This document shows, in pieces, positions 35,940 through 45,483 of a DNA stretch of 64,000 bases; position 1 is the stretch's first letter; every line of letters starts with the position of its first letter. Under the pieces are notes generated by a model that searched no databases, was not told the origin of the DNA, and worked only from the letters and a program-made list of their open reading frames with translations. The translations under genes and the position numbers were made by a program. Origin of the DNA: an uncultured Candidatus Saccharibacteria bacterium (GTDB taxonomy: Bacteria; Patescibacteriota; Minisyncoccia; Phycocordibacterales; UBA9973); contig CAZGOI010000001.1 of assembly GCA_964527185.1 (NCBI GenBank), forward strand, positions 87,166 through 151,165, in the 5' to 3' direction.

Positions 35940-36419
35940 ATGAGAATACTTGCGATCGATCCAGGTTTTGAGCGAGTCGGCATAGCTGTTTTAGAAAAAA
36001 TAGATGGTGGCAAGGAAACACTAATTTATTCAGGTTGCTTTAAAACAAAAAAATTATTTCACTTTTCAAAAAGGCTTAACTTAATAGGTCAAGAGGTTGA
36101 GATGGTTGTAAAAAAATATAAACCAAAAGTTTTGGCCATAGAGAAACTTTACTTAAATACAAACCAAAAGACGGTCATGGGTGTGGCAGAGGCTCGTGGT
36201 GTGATTTTATATGTTGCTTCGATGAGCGGTTTAGATATTTTTGAATATTCTCCACCACAGATAAAGTTGGCAGTGACGGGCTATGGCCGGGCAACAAAAG
36301 ACATGGTTATAAGGATGATTCCTAGGCTTATAAAAGTAGGTGGTGGGGTAAGTTCAGATGATGAACTCGACGCTATAGCTGTCGGGCTTACTTGTTTTGC
36401 CTGTGAAAGGTTTAAATAG
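35940..36419 (+). CDS. ruvC: crossover junction endodeoxyribonuclease RuvC
   Basis: MRILAIDPGFERVGIAVL..AIEKLYL..DELDAIAVGL. Confidence 0.85.
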   Translation: MRILAIDPGFERVGIAVLEKIDGGKETLIYSGCFKTKKLFHFSKRLNLIGQEVEMVVKKYKPKVLAIEKLYLNTNQKTVMGVAEARGVILYVASMSGLDIFEYSPPQIKLAVTGYGRATKDMVIRMIPRLIKVGGGVSSDDELDAIAVGLTCFACERFK

Positions 36420-36521
36420 GGGGTTTTAGTTTTCATAGTTTTCCACAGGTTAAATATTGTTGCAAAGAAAATAATATTTTGATACAAATAATGCATTATT
36501 ATATTTTATATTTTTTAAAAT

Positions 36522-36692
36522 ATGAGTTATAACGACGAAGATGAATTTAAAATGAGTGACCCCGATGACGATGAGGAAGAAACTGATGATTTCGAGCATG
36601 AGAATGCTGAACCATTAGATGACGATCTTGCCGATGATGGTTTTGCCGACGATGAGGAGGGGGTGGCAAGCCTTGATGGAAGTGCTTATTAA
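36522..36692 (+). CDS. unannotated 56-aa highly acidic small protein (hypothetical)
   Basis: MSYNDEDEFKMSDPDDDEEETDDFEHENAEPLDDDLADDGFADDEEGVASLDGSAY, roughly half Asp/Glu. A bidirectional terminator follows directly. It falls below the 60-aa cutoff of the ORF track. Confidence 0.35.
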   Translation: MSYNDEDEFKMSDPDDDEEETDDFEHENAEPLDDDLADDGFADDEEGVASLDGSAY

Positions 36693-36726
36693 AACAAAAC
36701 CCCGATTTTATATCGGGGTTTTGTTA
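36693..36726. terminator. bidirectional rho-independent terminator (acidic ORF / tyrS)
   Basis: aaaacaaaaccccgattttatatcggggttttgtt. Confidence 0.6.
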
Positions 36727-37920
36727 TTTAACATCAATTTTACAAAATCTCATTTTACCTATTTTATAGACTCCGTTTTTTACCCGCTCGTTGTATGAGG
36801 TTATTTTTTCATCCAAATCAAGATTTGCTATAGCTCGCTCGTCGACTAGTCTTTTAAAATCGCTTTTTGATGTAACAATGTTTTCTTTAAGTAGAATATC
36901 GGAAAGTAGGGATCCGGAGTTGACTGAAATTTTTATAATATTTTCTGGTATTTCATTTTTTTGGAATGTTTGTATAAATTGTGCTTCGGCTTTTTTGGTA
37001 TCTTCGTTTTTATGAAATACAGAGATTATGTTGCGGGCTAGTTTCATTTTTAAATCTCGTGGATTTATTTCTAGAGAGGCTATGTCTCTGGCGATTTTTT
37101 CGATTTCAAGCATTGACACATCTGTACAGAGTTCAAAAGCTGGTATTATAAGTGAGTCATTCCAGCTCATTATTTTGCCGTACATGGTATATGCATCATC
37201 TGATAGTGAAATCATATTGCCTTCGGTCTTACCCATTTTTTTACCAGAATTATCTTCCAGTAATTTCATGGTTATGACAAATTTTTCTTTGTTTTTAAAA
37301 ATTTTCAATAGATTTCTACCGGTCAACATATTAAATGTCTGGTCGTTACCTCCTACTTCACCGTCGACATTCATTGCTACACTATCATATCCCTGCATAA
37401 GTGGGTAAAAAAATTCGTGGAGGTAGATACTTTTGCCTTCTTTAAACCTTTTGTCGAACATATCTCGTTCGAGCATTTGGCTGACTGTCATTTTTGAGGC
37501 AAGACCAAGAATATCTTCAAATTTCATCTTGCTCAACCATTTTGAGTTGAATTTAATTTCGGCTTTATTTTTTCCAGTAAATTTTAATAGTTTACCTGCT
37601 TGCTTTTTATAATTTTTTAAATTTTCAAGAACTTGTTTATGTGTCAGTGCTATTCGAGTTGCGTCTTTGTCTGACGGGTCGCCAATCATTGCGGTAAAAT
37701 CCCCCATAAGGAGTATTACTTTGTGTCCAGCTTTCTGGAATTCGGCGAGTTTGCGAATAGCAATTGTGTGACCTATGTGGAGAGTCGGGCCTGTTGGATC
37801 AATACCTAAATAAATTGTTAGTTTTTGGCCTTTTGCTAGTTTTTGAGAAATGAATTCTTTAGATGGGTATAGATTGGAAACTCCTCTCTCGAGCAATGAT
37901 TCATTTTTACTTTCTATCAT
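36724..37920 (-). CDS. tyrS: tyrosyl-tRNA synthetase
   Basis: HIGH motif (GPTLHIGHTIA), KMSKS motif (KMGKT), and a C-terminal S4-like domain. Confidence 0.9.
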   Translation of the reverse strand: MIESKNESLLERGVSNLYPSKEFISQKLAKGQKLTIYLGIDPTGPTLHIGHTIAIRKLAEFQKAGHKVILLMGDFTAMIGDPSDKDATRIALTHKQVLENLKNYKKQAGKLLKFTGKNKAEIKFNSKWLSKMKFEDILGLASKMTVSQMLERDMFDKRFKEGKSIYLHEFFYPLMQGYDSVAMNVDGEVGGNDQTFNMLTGRNLLKIFKNKEKFVITMKLLEDNSGKKMGKTEGNMISLSDDAYTMYGKIMSWNDSLIIPAFELCTDVSMLEIEKIARDIASLEINPRDLKMKLARNIISVFHKNEDTKKAEAQFIQTFQKNEIPENIIKISVNSGSLLSDILLKENIVTSKSDFKRLVDERAIANLDLDEKITSYNERVKNGVYKIGKMRFCKIDVK

Positions 37921-37986
37921 ATGAAGAATTGTAACACATAAAAATACCTTTGTCCGCAGGGTGTTTGGGTATGATATGATAGTATT

Positions 37987-40524
37987 GTGATGGAAAAAAT
38001 GTCAAAGCACTTGGCTTCTTTAAAAAAATCAATCTTAAAACATTCATTGAGAAATTGGATTTTGGGTTTCCTTGGTCTTTTTATAATAGCATTTGGGTGC
38101 CTCGTTATTTGGGTCAGCACCCTTAAATTGCCAGATTTCAAATCTTTTAATGAGCGCAAAATACAAAGCTCGACAAAAATATATGATCGAACTGGCAAAA
38201 TACTCCTCTATGATGTACACCAAGATATCAAGCGGACGATTATTCCCTATGAAGCGATGGGGGTCAATATAAAAAATGCGACGGTTGCAATAGAAGATTC
38301 TGAATTTTATCAACACAACGGTATAAGGATTACCTCTATTATTCGTGGAACAATTTGGGCGTTTTTGACTGGTAAAAAAATCCAGGGTGGTTCGACCATA
38401 ACCCAACAACTCATCAAAAATACACTCCTCAATCAAGACAGAACTATATCTAGAAAAATTAAAGAGTGGATCTTGGCGCTTAAACTTGAAAAGGTTATGA
38501 GCAAAGAAGATATTTTGGCACTTTATTTAAATGAGGCGCCGTATGGTGGAAATATCTATGGTGTTGAGGAAGCTTCTCGAGCATTTTTTGGTAAAGAACC
38601 AAAAGATATGACACTCGCCGAGTCGGCCTATATGGCAGCTATTCCAAATGCGCCGACATACTATTCCCCGTACGGTAAAAATAAAAAAGAACTCGATTCT
38701 CGAAAAAATTTGGTTTTAAAAAGAATGCTTGATCTAAAATTTATTAATCAAGATGATTACAACAAGGCGATAGCCGAGAGTGTGGTTTTCCTTCCGTCTC
38801 AACCGCTTCACATCGCCGCTCCGCATTTTGTTTTCTTTATACAAGATTATCTATTAAAAAAATATGGTCAAGAAGCACTTGATTCTGGTGGTTTGAATGT
38901 TATAACAACCCTTGATTATGACCTTGAAACCAAAGCCGAGGCTATTGCGCTTGCACGGGCAAAGGATAATGAGAAGAATTGGAGTGGTAAAAATGCCGCG
39001 GTTGTTGTGATCGACCCGCGCAATGGCCAGATACTTGCAATGGTTGGTTCAAGGAATTATTTTGATAAAACAATTGATGGTAATTTCAACGTTGCAACAG
39101 CACCTAGGCAACCTGGTTCTTCGTTTAAACCAATAGTCTATGCAGAGGCTTTTAAAGAAGGCTATACCGAGGATACAACGCTTTTTGACCTTAAAACAGA
39201 ATTCAATTCATCTTGCAGCCCAGCTGGAGCGCCGCTACCTGGACACAAAAATGCAAAGTGTTATATGCCGAGCAATTATGACAATGGTTTCCGTGGGCCG
39301 ATGACTTTGAAAAATGCATTGGCTCAATCGATAAACGTCGTAGCTGTAAAACTTCTTTATTTGGTTGGCGTACCCGATGCACTTAAAATGGCGCATGATC
39401 TTGGTATCACAACACTCAATGACCCAACACGTTATGGTTTGTCGCTTGTGATCGGTGGTGGAGAGACGACCTTGCTTGACATGACCTCAGCTTATAGTGT
39501 ATTTGCAGGTGATGGGGTCAGACATCCATACCAAGCAATACTTTCTGTTACAGACTCAAGTGGTAATATACTCGAAAGTTATGAAGATAAACCATATCAA
39601 GTAATAGATTCAAATATAGCTAGAACAATATCGGATGTTCTTTCAGACAACGTCGCGCGAACTCCAACATTTGGAGCCAATTCAAGTTTAGTAGTTCCTG
39701 GTCGCAATGTCGCCGTTAAAACTGGTACGACTAATGACAACAAAGATGCTTGGACCATAGGTTATACACCATCGGTTGTAGTTGGTGTTTGGGTTGGCAA
39801 TAATAATAATATGCCGATGAAAAAAGGTGGCGCCGCTTTGGCTGGACCAATATGGAATGATGTAATTAGAGAGGCCTTAAAAAATTTGCCAGTTGAATCT
39901 TTTGGCCGACCGAATCCAATAGACCAAGGCCTACCCCCAATAATGCGGGGGCTTTGGCAGGGTAATGAAACTTTTACAATAGACACAATTTCTGGTGGTT
40001 TAGCTACAGAATTCACTCCTATTGAAACAAGAAAGGAAGAGTCTGTAACTGATGTTCATGATATTTTATATTGGATAGACAAGAGCAACCCACTTGGACC
40101 AAAACCACAAAACCCAGATAATGACCCACTGTATAAAAATTGGGAGTATGGGGTAGACAAGTGGTGGAGTATAAATAAGGGAAATTATAAAACAATAACC
40201 GAGGCAGATAAACCAACATTTTATGATAATATTCACACAACACTAAATAAAATAAGTCTTTCTATTGTTGGATTAAGTGGTGATTATAAAAAAACAGATG
40301 TTGTTACATTTTCTGTTGCGCCCTCAGTTCAAAACGTAATTCAAAAAATTGATGTTTTTGTTAATGATACTTATATAAAATCTATACAAACAACACCATA
40401 TACTGTAAGCCTATCACCTAGCGATCTAGGAAATATTTCAACCAATAATACAATAAAAATAATTGGCTATGATAGTCTTGGTAATAGTACTCAATCCATA
40501 GCTTCTTTTAATATTTCTAATTAG
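37987..40524 (+). CDS. class A penicillin-binding protein (PBP1A: transglycosylase plus transpeptidase) with a ~250-aa C-terminal extension
   Basis: An N-terminal transmembrane segment. Transglycosylase motifs (EDSEFYQHNGI, GGSTITQQL). Transpeptidase motifs SxxK (SSFKP), SxN (SIN) and KTG (KTGTTND). A long Asn/Thr-rich C-terminal tail. Confidence 0.85.
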   Translation: MMEKMSKHLASLKKSILKHSLRNWILGFLGLFIIAFGCLVIWVSTLKLPDFKSFNERKIQSSTKIYDRTGKILLYDVHQDIKRTIIPYEAMGVNIKNATVAIEDSEFYQHNGIRITSIIRGTIWAFLTGKKIQGGSTITQQLIKNTLLNQDRTISRKIKEWILALKLEKVMSKEDILALYLNEAPYGGNIYGVEEASRAFFGKEPKDMTLAESAYMAAIPNAPTYYSPYGKNKKELDSRKNLVLKRMLDLKFINQDDYNKAIAESVVFLPSQPLHIAAPHFVFFIQDYLLKKYGQEALDSGGLNVITTLDYDLETKAEAIALARAKDNEKNWSGKNAAVVVIDPRNGQILAMVGSRNYFDKTIDGNFNVATAPRQPGSSFKPIVYAEAFKEGYTEDTTLFDLKTEFNSSCSPAGAPLPGHKNAKCYMPSNYDNGFRGPMTLKNALAQSINVVAVKLLYLVGVPDALKMAHDLGITTLNDPTRYGLSLVIGGGETTLLDMTSAYSVFAGDGVRHPYQAILSVTDSSGNILESYEDKPYQVIDSNIARTISDVLSDNVARTPTFGANSSLVVPGRNVAVKTGTTNDNKDAWTIGYTPSVVVGVWVGNNNNMPMKKGGAALAGPIWNDVIREALKNLPVESFGRPNPIDQGLPPIMRGLWQGNETFTIDTISGGLATEFTPIETRKEESVTDVHDILYWIDKSNPLGPKPQNPDNDPLYKNWEYGVDKWWSINKGNYKTITEADKPTFYDNIHTTLNKISLSIVGLSGDYKKTDVVTFSVAPSVQNVIQKIDVFVNDTYIKSIQTTPYTVSLSPSDLGNISTNNTIKIIGYDSLGNSTQSIASFNISN

Positions 40525-40784
40525 TGAATTTTATATATTTTTTTATTTTGTAAAATGTTATTTAGATCACTTAAAATTCCGTCTTTGTGTATTAGGATTT
40601 CGTTTCTAAGCGCTGGCGAACCTTGTATATAAATATCAAATCCTTTGACTTTTATTGACCCTTCGTCTATTTGTATAGTTGTGTGTTTGTTTATAATAAT
40701 AACTATTGTTTTTACTTCTTCTTCTTTTTGAAGAAAAATCTTTTTAAACTTATCTAAAAAATTATCGATTCGATTAAAATCCAT
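40521..40784 (-). CDS. small DUF721-like protein (DciA-like) downstream of dnaN
   Basis: An 87-aa protein in the position DUF721 usually occupies near dnaN, with matching pattern IQIDEGSIKVKGFDIYIQGSPALRNEIL. Confidence 0.35.
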   Translation of the reverse strand: MDFNRIDNFLDKFKKIFLQKEEEVKTIVIIINKHTTIQIDEGSIKVKGFDIYIQGSPALRNEILIHKDGILSDLNNILQNKKIYKIH

Positions 40785-41882
40785 CTATTTATTCATTGGC
40801 ATAACAAGATACATAAACGATTGGTCACCAACGGGTTTTATAATCATTGCTTTATTACCACCAGAGAACTCTAAACTAATACTGTCTTCAGAAATTGATT
40901 GGAAGCAATCTAATATATACTTGTAATTAAAATTAGCTATAACCACTTCGCCAGATAGAGCGCCAGAAACAAATGTGCTATTTTCTCCTATATCAGTATT
41001 TTTCGATTCTATTTCAAAAAATTTTTCTTGTGGTCTTACCGAGAGTGAGATTTGGTTGAATTTATCAGAAAAAATATTTGATATTTTTAGGGAGGATAGT
41101 AGGTCTTGTTTTAAAACAATAGCTTTTGTTGTTGGGTTTTTGGGAATTATCTGTTTATAGTCTGGGAAGGATCCATCTATAATTCTTGAGGTTAGATATA
41201 TACTATCTGTGGTTATAGATATTTGGCTTTTTTGAATAGTGAGTTTTATATCTTCATCTAGTGTTTCAAGTATTTTTATAATTTCTATACTGTTTTTAAA
41301 TGGTAGTAAAATATTTGAAAATGATAGTTTTTGTTTTATTTTTATTTTTTTCTCAGCCAACCTAAAAGAGTCTGTGGCCACAAAAACAAGCATGTCTTCG
41401 TCTGGATATATATTTATACTACCGATTTCTGGTTTTATTTCAGAAGTAGACGAGCTGTAGTAGACAGATTTTAACCCTTCAAGTAGTTTTTTACTTGGGA
41501 TTGATACTGTTTCCCCTTTAATTATTGGAATTGTTGGGAAATCTTCATATGGAACACTTTTAAGAAGTATTGTGTTGTGTTTGGTTTTTACCGATAAATT
41601 ATTGTTTATAGATTCAAAATAAACATTTCCATCATTTGAAATTTGGGAAAATAGCGACGATAGCACGTCTCCTCGAATAGCCATGACGCCACTTTTTTCT
41701 ATTTTAGCAGGCACAGTAACTTCTATACCGATACTTAGATTGGTTGATCGTAGTTTTAGGTTTTTATCATTAACCACCCAAAGTATAGATCCTAAAACTG
41801 GGAGAGTTAGGTTTCTACCAGTTAACCTCTCAACTAATATCAGTGCATTTTTTATTTTACTAACTTGGCATTCTAATTTCAT
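40785..41882 (-). CDS. dnaN: DNA polymerase III beta sliding clamp
   Basis: MKLECQVSKIKNALILVERLTGRNLTLPVLGSILW, with a three-domain length of 365 aa. Confidence 0.85.
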   Translation of the reverse strand: MKLECQVSKIKNALILVERLTGRNLTLPVLGSILWVVNDKNLKLRSTNLSIGIEVTVPAKIEKSGVMAIRGDVLSSLFSQISNDGNVYFESINNNLSVKTKHNTILLKSVPYEDFPTIPIIKGETVSIPSKKLLEGLKSVYYSSSTSEIKPEIGSINIYPDEDMLVFVATDSFRLAEKKIKIKQKLSFSNILLPFKNSIEIIKILETLDEDIKLTIQKSQISITTDSIYLTSRIIDGSFPDYKQIIPKNPTTKAIVLKQDLLSSLKISNIFSDKFNQISLSVRPQEKFFEIESKNTDIGENSTFVSGALSGEVVIANFNYKYILDCFQSISEDSISLEFSGGNKAMIIKPVGDQSFMYLVMPMNK

Positions 41883-42087
41883 ACTATTCTAATTAATTAC
41901 TTATATAAATCTATTATTAATATTATATCTGTTGATATGTTGATTGTCTTAATTAATCATATATATAAAGCTATTTTCAGATAATCCCATCTAACAACCC
42001 ACCCCTAATTGTTAATTATTTTATATAACTTAAAAATCTTGTAATTTTTCCACACTAATTAAAAAATTAAACACTCTTTATTCACAA
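41883..42087. promoter_or_regulatory. candidate oriC in the AT-rich dnaA-dnaN intergenic spacer
   Basis: A spacer more than 80% A+T. It contains DnaA-box-like 9-mers TTTTCCACA and TTATTCACA, each one mismatch from TTATCCACA, and long A/T tracts suited to unwinding. Confidence 0.4.
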
Positions 42088-43437
42088 CTATTTAAACATC
42101 ACCCTAATCTTTTCTATCTCTTGTAATAACGACGGATCTGTTTTTAAATCATCTTTGATTTTTAAATGAGAGTGAATTACTGTTGTATGGTCTCGTCCAC
42201 CAAGTTTTTGCCCTATAAGTGGGTAAGAAATACTAAAATCCTCTCTCAATATATACATGGCCACCTGTCGCGCACGAACAATTTCCTTCCTTCTTGTTTT
42301 TTCATAAATAACATCCTCTGAAATTCCATATTGGTCAGCAATTATTTTTACAATATCTTTTATGGCTACTGTTTTCTTTGGTTTAATATTGTTTTTAATC
42401 AAAGTTTTAACCTCGTTTAATGTTAAAACCCTATTCTTTAACTGAGATTGATATATAACAATATTTAAACTACCCTCGAGCTCCCTTATATTTCCTTCTA
42501 ATGATTCTGCTAAATAAGCGATAACCTCTGGTTCTATTATGCAATTTGTAGATTCAAATTTAGCTTTTATAATAGCAATTCTTGATTCATAATCTGGCTC
42601 AACAACCTGCACAATCATACCGGAAGAAAACCTCGATTGCAATCGTTCTTCTAACCCCTGAATAAAGTTTGGGTGTTTATCAGAAGAAAAAACTATTTGT
42701 TTATTACTCTCATATAGGGTATTGAAAAGATGAAACAATTCTTCTTGTGTTTTATCTTTTCCAGAAATAAATTGAATGTCGTCCATGATAATTACATCAT
42801 ATTTTCTATATTTTTCTTTAAATGAATTTGGGTTTTTATTTTGAATCGAGTTTATATAGTCGACTGCAAACTTTTCAAGACTAACATAGTAAACTTTTTT
42901 ACTAGAGTGTTTGGTTTTTATTGTGTTACCAATCGCTTGTATTATGTGTGTTTTACCAAGACCAGTGCCACCATATATAAAAAATGGATTATAATTTTGC
43001 CCGGGATTATTAACAACCGCTTGAGCAACAGCATATGCAAGCTCATTAAATGGTCCAACAACAAAAGAGTTAAAAGTGTATCTAGGGTTTAAATTATCAT
43101 CTTTATTTATATATAAATCAGAAAGCGGCAATTCTTTATTTACAGAAACAACTTGTTTTACCACTTCAACACGACCCTTATCTATATTTTCATGCTTTGA
43201 AATTATATATTCTATTCCACGAACACTATCTTCGTGGGAAATAATAGTTTTTAATATTAATTTATGGAATTTATTATACAGCCAATCCTTTACGAATTCA
43301 TTTGGCACTCCGACATAAAGTGTGCCAGAATCCTCCTTAACTATATAAGTATTTCTAAACCAAGTAGAGAAATTAGCCTTAGAAATACTGAGTTCTATCT
43401 CAGCAAGACAGTTATCCCACAACTCCTTAGTATTCAT
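42088..43437 (-). CDS. dnaA: chromosomal replication initiator DnaA
   Basis: AAA+ Walker A GGTGLGKTHIIQAIGN, Walker B VIIMDDIQF, and the C-terminal DNA-binding helix-turn-helix (VAMYILRE). Confidence 0.9.
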   Translation of the reverse strand: MNTKELWDNCLAEIELSISKANFSTWFRNTYIVKEDSGTLYVGVPNEFVKDWLYNKFHKLILKTIISHEDSVRGIEYIISKHENIDKGRVEVVKQVVSVNKELPLSDLYINKDDNLNPRYTFNSFVVGPFNELAYAVAQAVVNNPGQNYNPFFIYGGTGLGKTHIIQAIGNTIKTKHSSKKVYYVSLEKFAVDYINSIQNKNPNSFKEKYRKYDVIIMDDIQFISGKDKTQEELFHLFNTLYESNKQIVFSSDKHPNFIQGLEERLQSRFSSGMIVQVVEPDYESRIAIIKAKFESTNCIIEPEVIAYLAESLEGNIRELEGSLNIVIYQSQLKNRVLTLNEVKTLIKNNIKPKKTVAIKDIVKIIADQYGISEDVIYEKTRRKEIVRARQVAMYILREDFSISYPLIGQKLGGRDHTTVIHSHLKIKDDLKTDPSLLQEIEKIRVMFK

Positions 43438-43569
43438 AGTGCGTATTATACTCTCTTTTATAAAACGACCAACAATAAAAAACCTTGATTAACCTGTTAA
43501 TAATATGTGTATATCTAAACCACCACAAACTCTATTGCCTAAGCTATAAATTTAGTATATATTTTCTTT

Positions 43570-43710
43570 ATGTCTAGAACATATAAACCCAATAAAAGAA
43601 AGAGAGCAAAAACTCACGGGTTTCTTGCTCGTTCAAAAAAAGTTGGTGGACGCAATGTTACCCAAGCTCGCCGACGCAAGGGTCGCAAAAAAGTTTCTAT
43701 AAGAAAATAA
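43570..43710 (+). CDS. rpmH: 50S ribosomal protein L34
   Basis: [46 protein letters not shown]. It falls below the ORF-track cutoff and sits in the classic rpmH-rnpA position. Confidence 0.85.
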   Translation: MSRTYKPNKRKRAKTHGFLARSKKVGGRNVTQARRRKGRKKVSIRK

Positions 43711-43711
43711 C

Positions 43712-44026
43712 ATGCTTCCAAAAGGAAAGCGTATAGAAAAAGATCTATTTCAAAAAACAACAAACTCCAACAAGGTTATATCGACCCCGCTTTTTGTTTT
43801 TAAATTTATAAAAAACAACAAACCAAAATATTCTTTTGTGGCGCCAAAAGCGATTTTTAAACTTGCGACAAAAAGAAATAAATTTAAAAGAATCGGCTAT
43901 AACACCCTAAGAAATGAAAGGTTACCAAGCTATACCGGTATTTTTATTTTTAAAAAATCAACCCTAACATCAAACAAAAAAGATATCGAATTAAGTATTG
44001 TAGAAATAATAAAGAAATTGAGATGA
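43712..44026 (+). CDS. rnpA: RNase P protein component
   Basis: A small basic protein directly after rpmH with the conserved RnpA pattern (LPKGKRIEKD..FKR). Confidence 0.8.
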   Translation: MLPKGKRIEKDLFQKTTNSNKVISTPLFVFKFIKNNKPKYSFVAPKAIFKLATKRNKFKRIGYNTLRNERLPSYTGIFIFKKSTLTSNKKDIELSIVEIIKKLR

Positions 44027-44235
44027 GTATGAAAAAAGCAGTGTTATGGCTCATAAACATATACCAGAAAATCCCAACTCGATCACACTCATCCTGTGTT
44101 TTCATCCCAACCTGCTCTGAATACACTAAAGAGGCGATAAAAAAACACGGCTTAATTAATGGTATAGCAGAAGGATTTTTGCGGATTTGTAGGTGTCACC
44201 CATGGCAAAAAAACCACTACGACCCAATATTATAA
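44023..44235 (+). CDS. yidD: membrane protein insertion efficiency factor YidD
   Basis: YQK.P......C.F.PTCSEY...AI...G...G......RICRCHPW. It overlaps rnpA by 4 nt. Confidence 0.75.
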   Translation: MSMKKAVLWLINIYQKIPTRSHSSCVFIPTCSEYTKEAIKKHGLINGIAEGFLRICRCHPWQKNHYDPIL

Positions 44236-44276
44236 GGGTATTTTGGATTTAGGGTATTTTAAGTTACAATGGGTGG

Positions 44277-45005
44277 ATGCACGCGCTCTGGAACACACTT
44301 CTATATCAGCCGATATACAACTGTCTAATTTTTATCATAAAATACATAACCTTTGGTGATGTTGGTTTTGGAATTATAATCCTTACAATTTTTATAAAAT
44401 TTATCTTATTTCCACTTACTAAGAGATCGATCAAAAGTCAGATACTCATGAAGCGTCTTGAACCAGAACTCAAGCAAATTAAAAAAGATTTTCCAAACAA
44501 AGAAGAACAAGCTAAAAAAACATTTGAACTATATAAAAAATATGGGACCAGCCCGTTTTCTGGCTGTTTGGTGGTTTTATTACAACTTCCAGTTATTTTT
44601 GCACTCTACTATGTTTTTTACAGGGGTATAACACTTAGCACTGGCCCACTCTACCCGTTCTTACAAGCCCCAAGTAATTTACATACCATGTTTCTTGGGG
44701 CTATAGATGTCCATACCAAAAGCATCACCCTTGCATTTCTAGCGGGGTTGTCACAATTTATACAGGGTTACTTAGCCTCCCCTATTAAAAATAAAAAAGA
44801 AAAAAATAGCACCGAGCAAAAAACATTTCAAGAACAGATGGCTGATAGTATGCAAATGAATGTAAAATATTTTTTGCCGATATTTGTGGCCTTGATTGCA
44901 TATAGAATATCGGCCGCGGTTGCATTATATTGGATTACCAGTAATATATTTACTATCGCTCAAGAGTGGTATATAAGAAAAAAATTAGCTCAAAACCCTA
45001 TATAA
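44277..45005 (+). CDS. yidC: YidC/Oxa1-family membrane insertase (short form)
   Basis: Five transmembrane segments, with a conserved transmembrane-1 region (ILTIFIKFILFPLTKRS) and C-terminal region (ALYWITSNIF). Confidence 0.8.
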   Translation: MHALWNTLLYQPIYNCLIFIIKYITFGDVGFGIIILTIFIKFILFPLTKRSIKSQILMKRLEPELKQIKKDFPNKEEQAKKTFELYKKYGTSPFSGCLVVLLQLPVIFALYYVFYRGITLSTGPLYPFLQAPSNLHTMFLGAIDVHTKSITLAFLAGLSQFIQGYLASPIKNKKEKNSTEQKTFQEQMADSMQMNVKYFLPIFVALIAYRISAAVALYWITSNIFTIAQEWYIRKKLAQNPI

Positions 45006-45009
45006 ATAT

Positions 45010-45483
45010 ATGCAAGACAAGGTAAAAAAAACAATTGAAGAGATGTTTTCACGCACAGCATCTGAAATAACCAAGATTGAATTTTCTAATGAAGGAGGAA
45101 TGCTCTGGTGTCTAATTGAAACCCCAGATTCAAGATTTATGATTGGCAAAGATGGTGAAACACTGAGATCTATAAACCACCTTGTCCAAAAGATAATTGA
45201 AAAAGATCTCCCAACAGAGGATAGCACAGTAAAAATTCTTGTTGATATTAATGGCTATCAAAAGAAAAGATTTGATAATCTAAAAAATATTGCCCATATG
45301 ATGGCTGAGCGAGCAAGATATTTCAAAAGCAATATCGAAGTCGACCCAATGCCGGCATATGAAAGACGCATCGTTCACATGTTTCTAGAAGGCGCCCCAG
45401 ATATAAAAACAGAATCGGAAGGCGAAGGGCAAAATCGCCGAGTGGTTATAAAATACATTAACCCAAGCGAAAAAATTATTTGA
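45010..45483 (+). CDS. Jag/KhpB-like RNA-binding protein (KH plus R3H domains)
   Basis: It lies downstream of yidC and has the R3H motif (RRIVHMFLEGAPDIKTESEGEG). Confidence 0.75.
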   Translation: MQDKVKKTIEEMFSRTASEITKIEFSNEGGMLWCLIETPDSRFMIGKDGETLRSINHLVQKIIEKDLPTEDSTVKILVDINGYQKKRFDNLKNIAHMMAERARYFKSNIEVDPMPAYERRIVHMFLEGAPDIKTESEGEGQNRRVVIKYINPSEKII

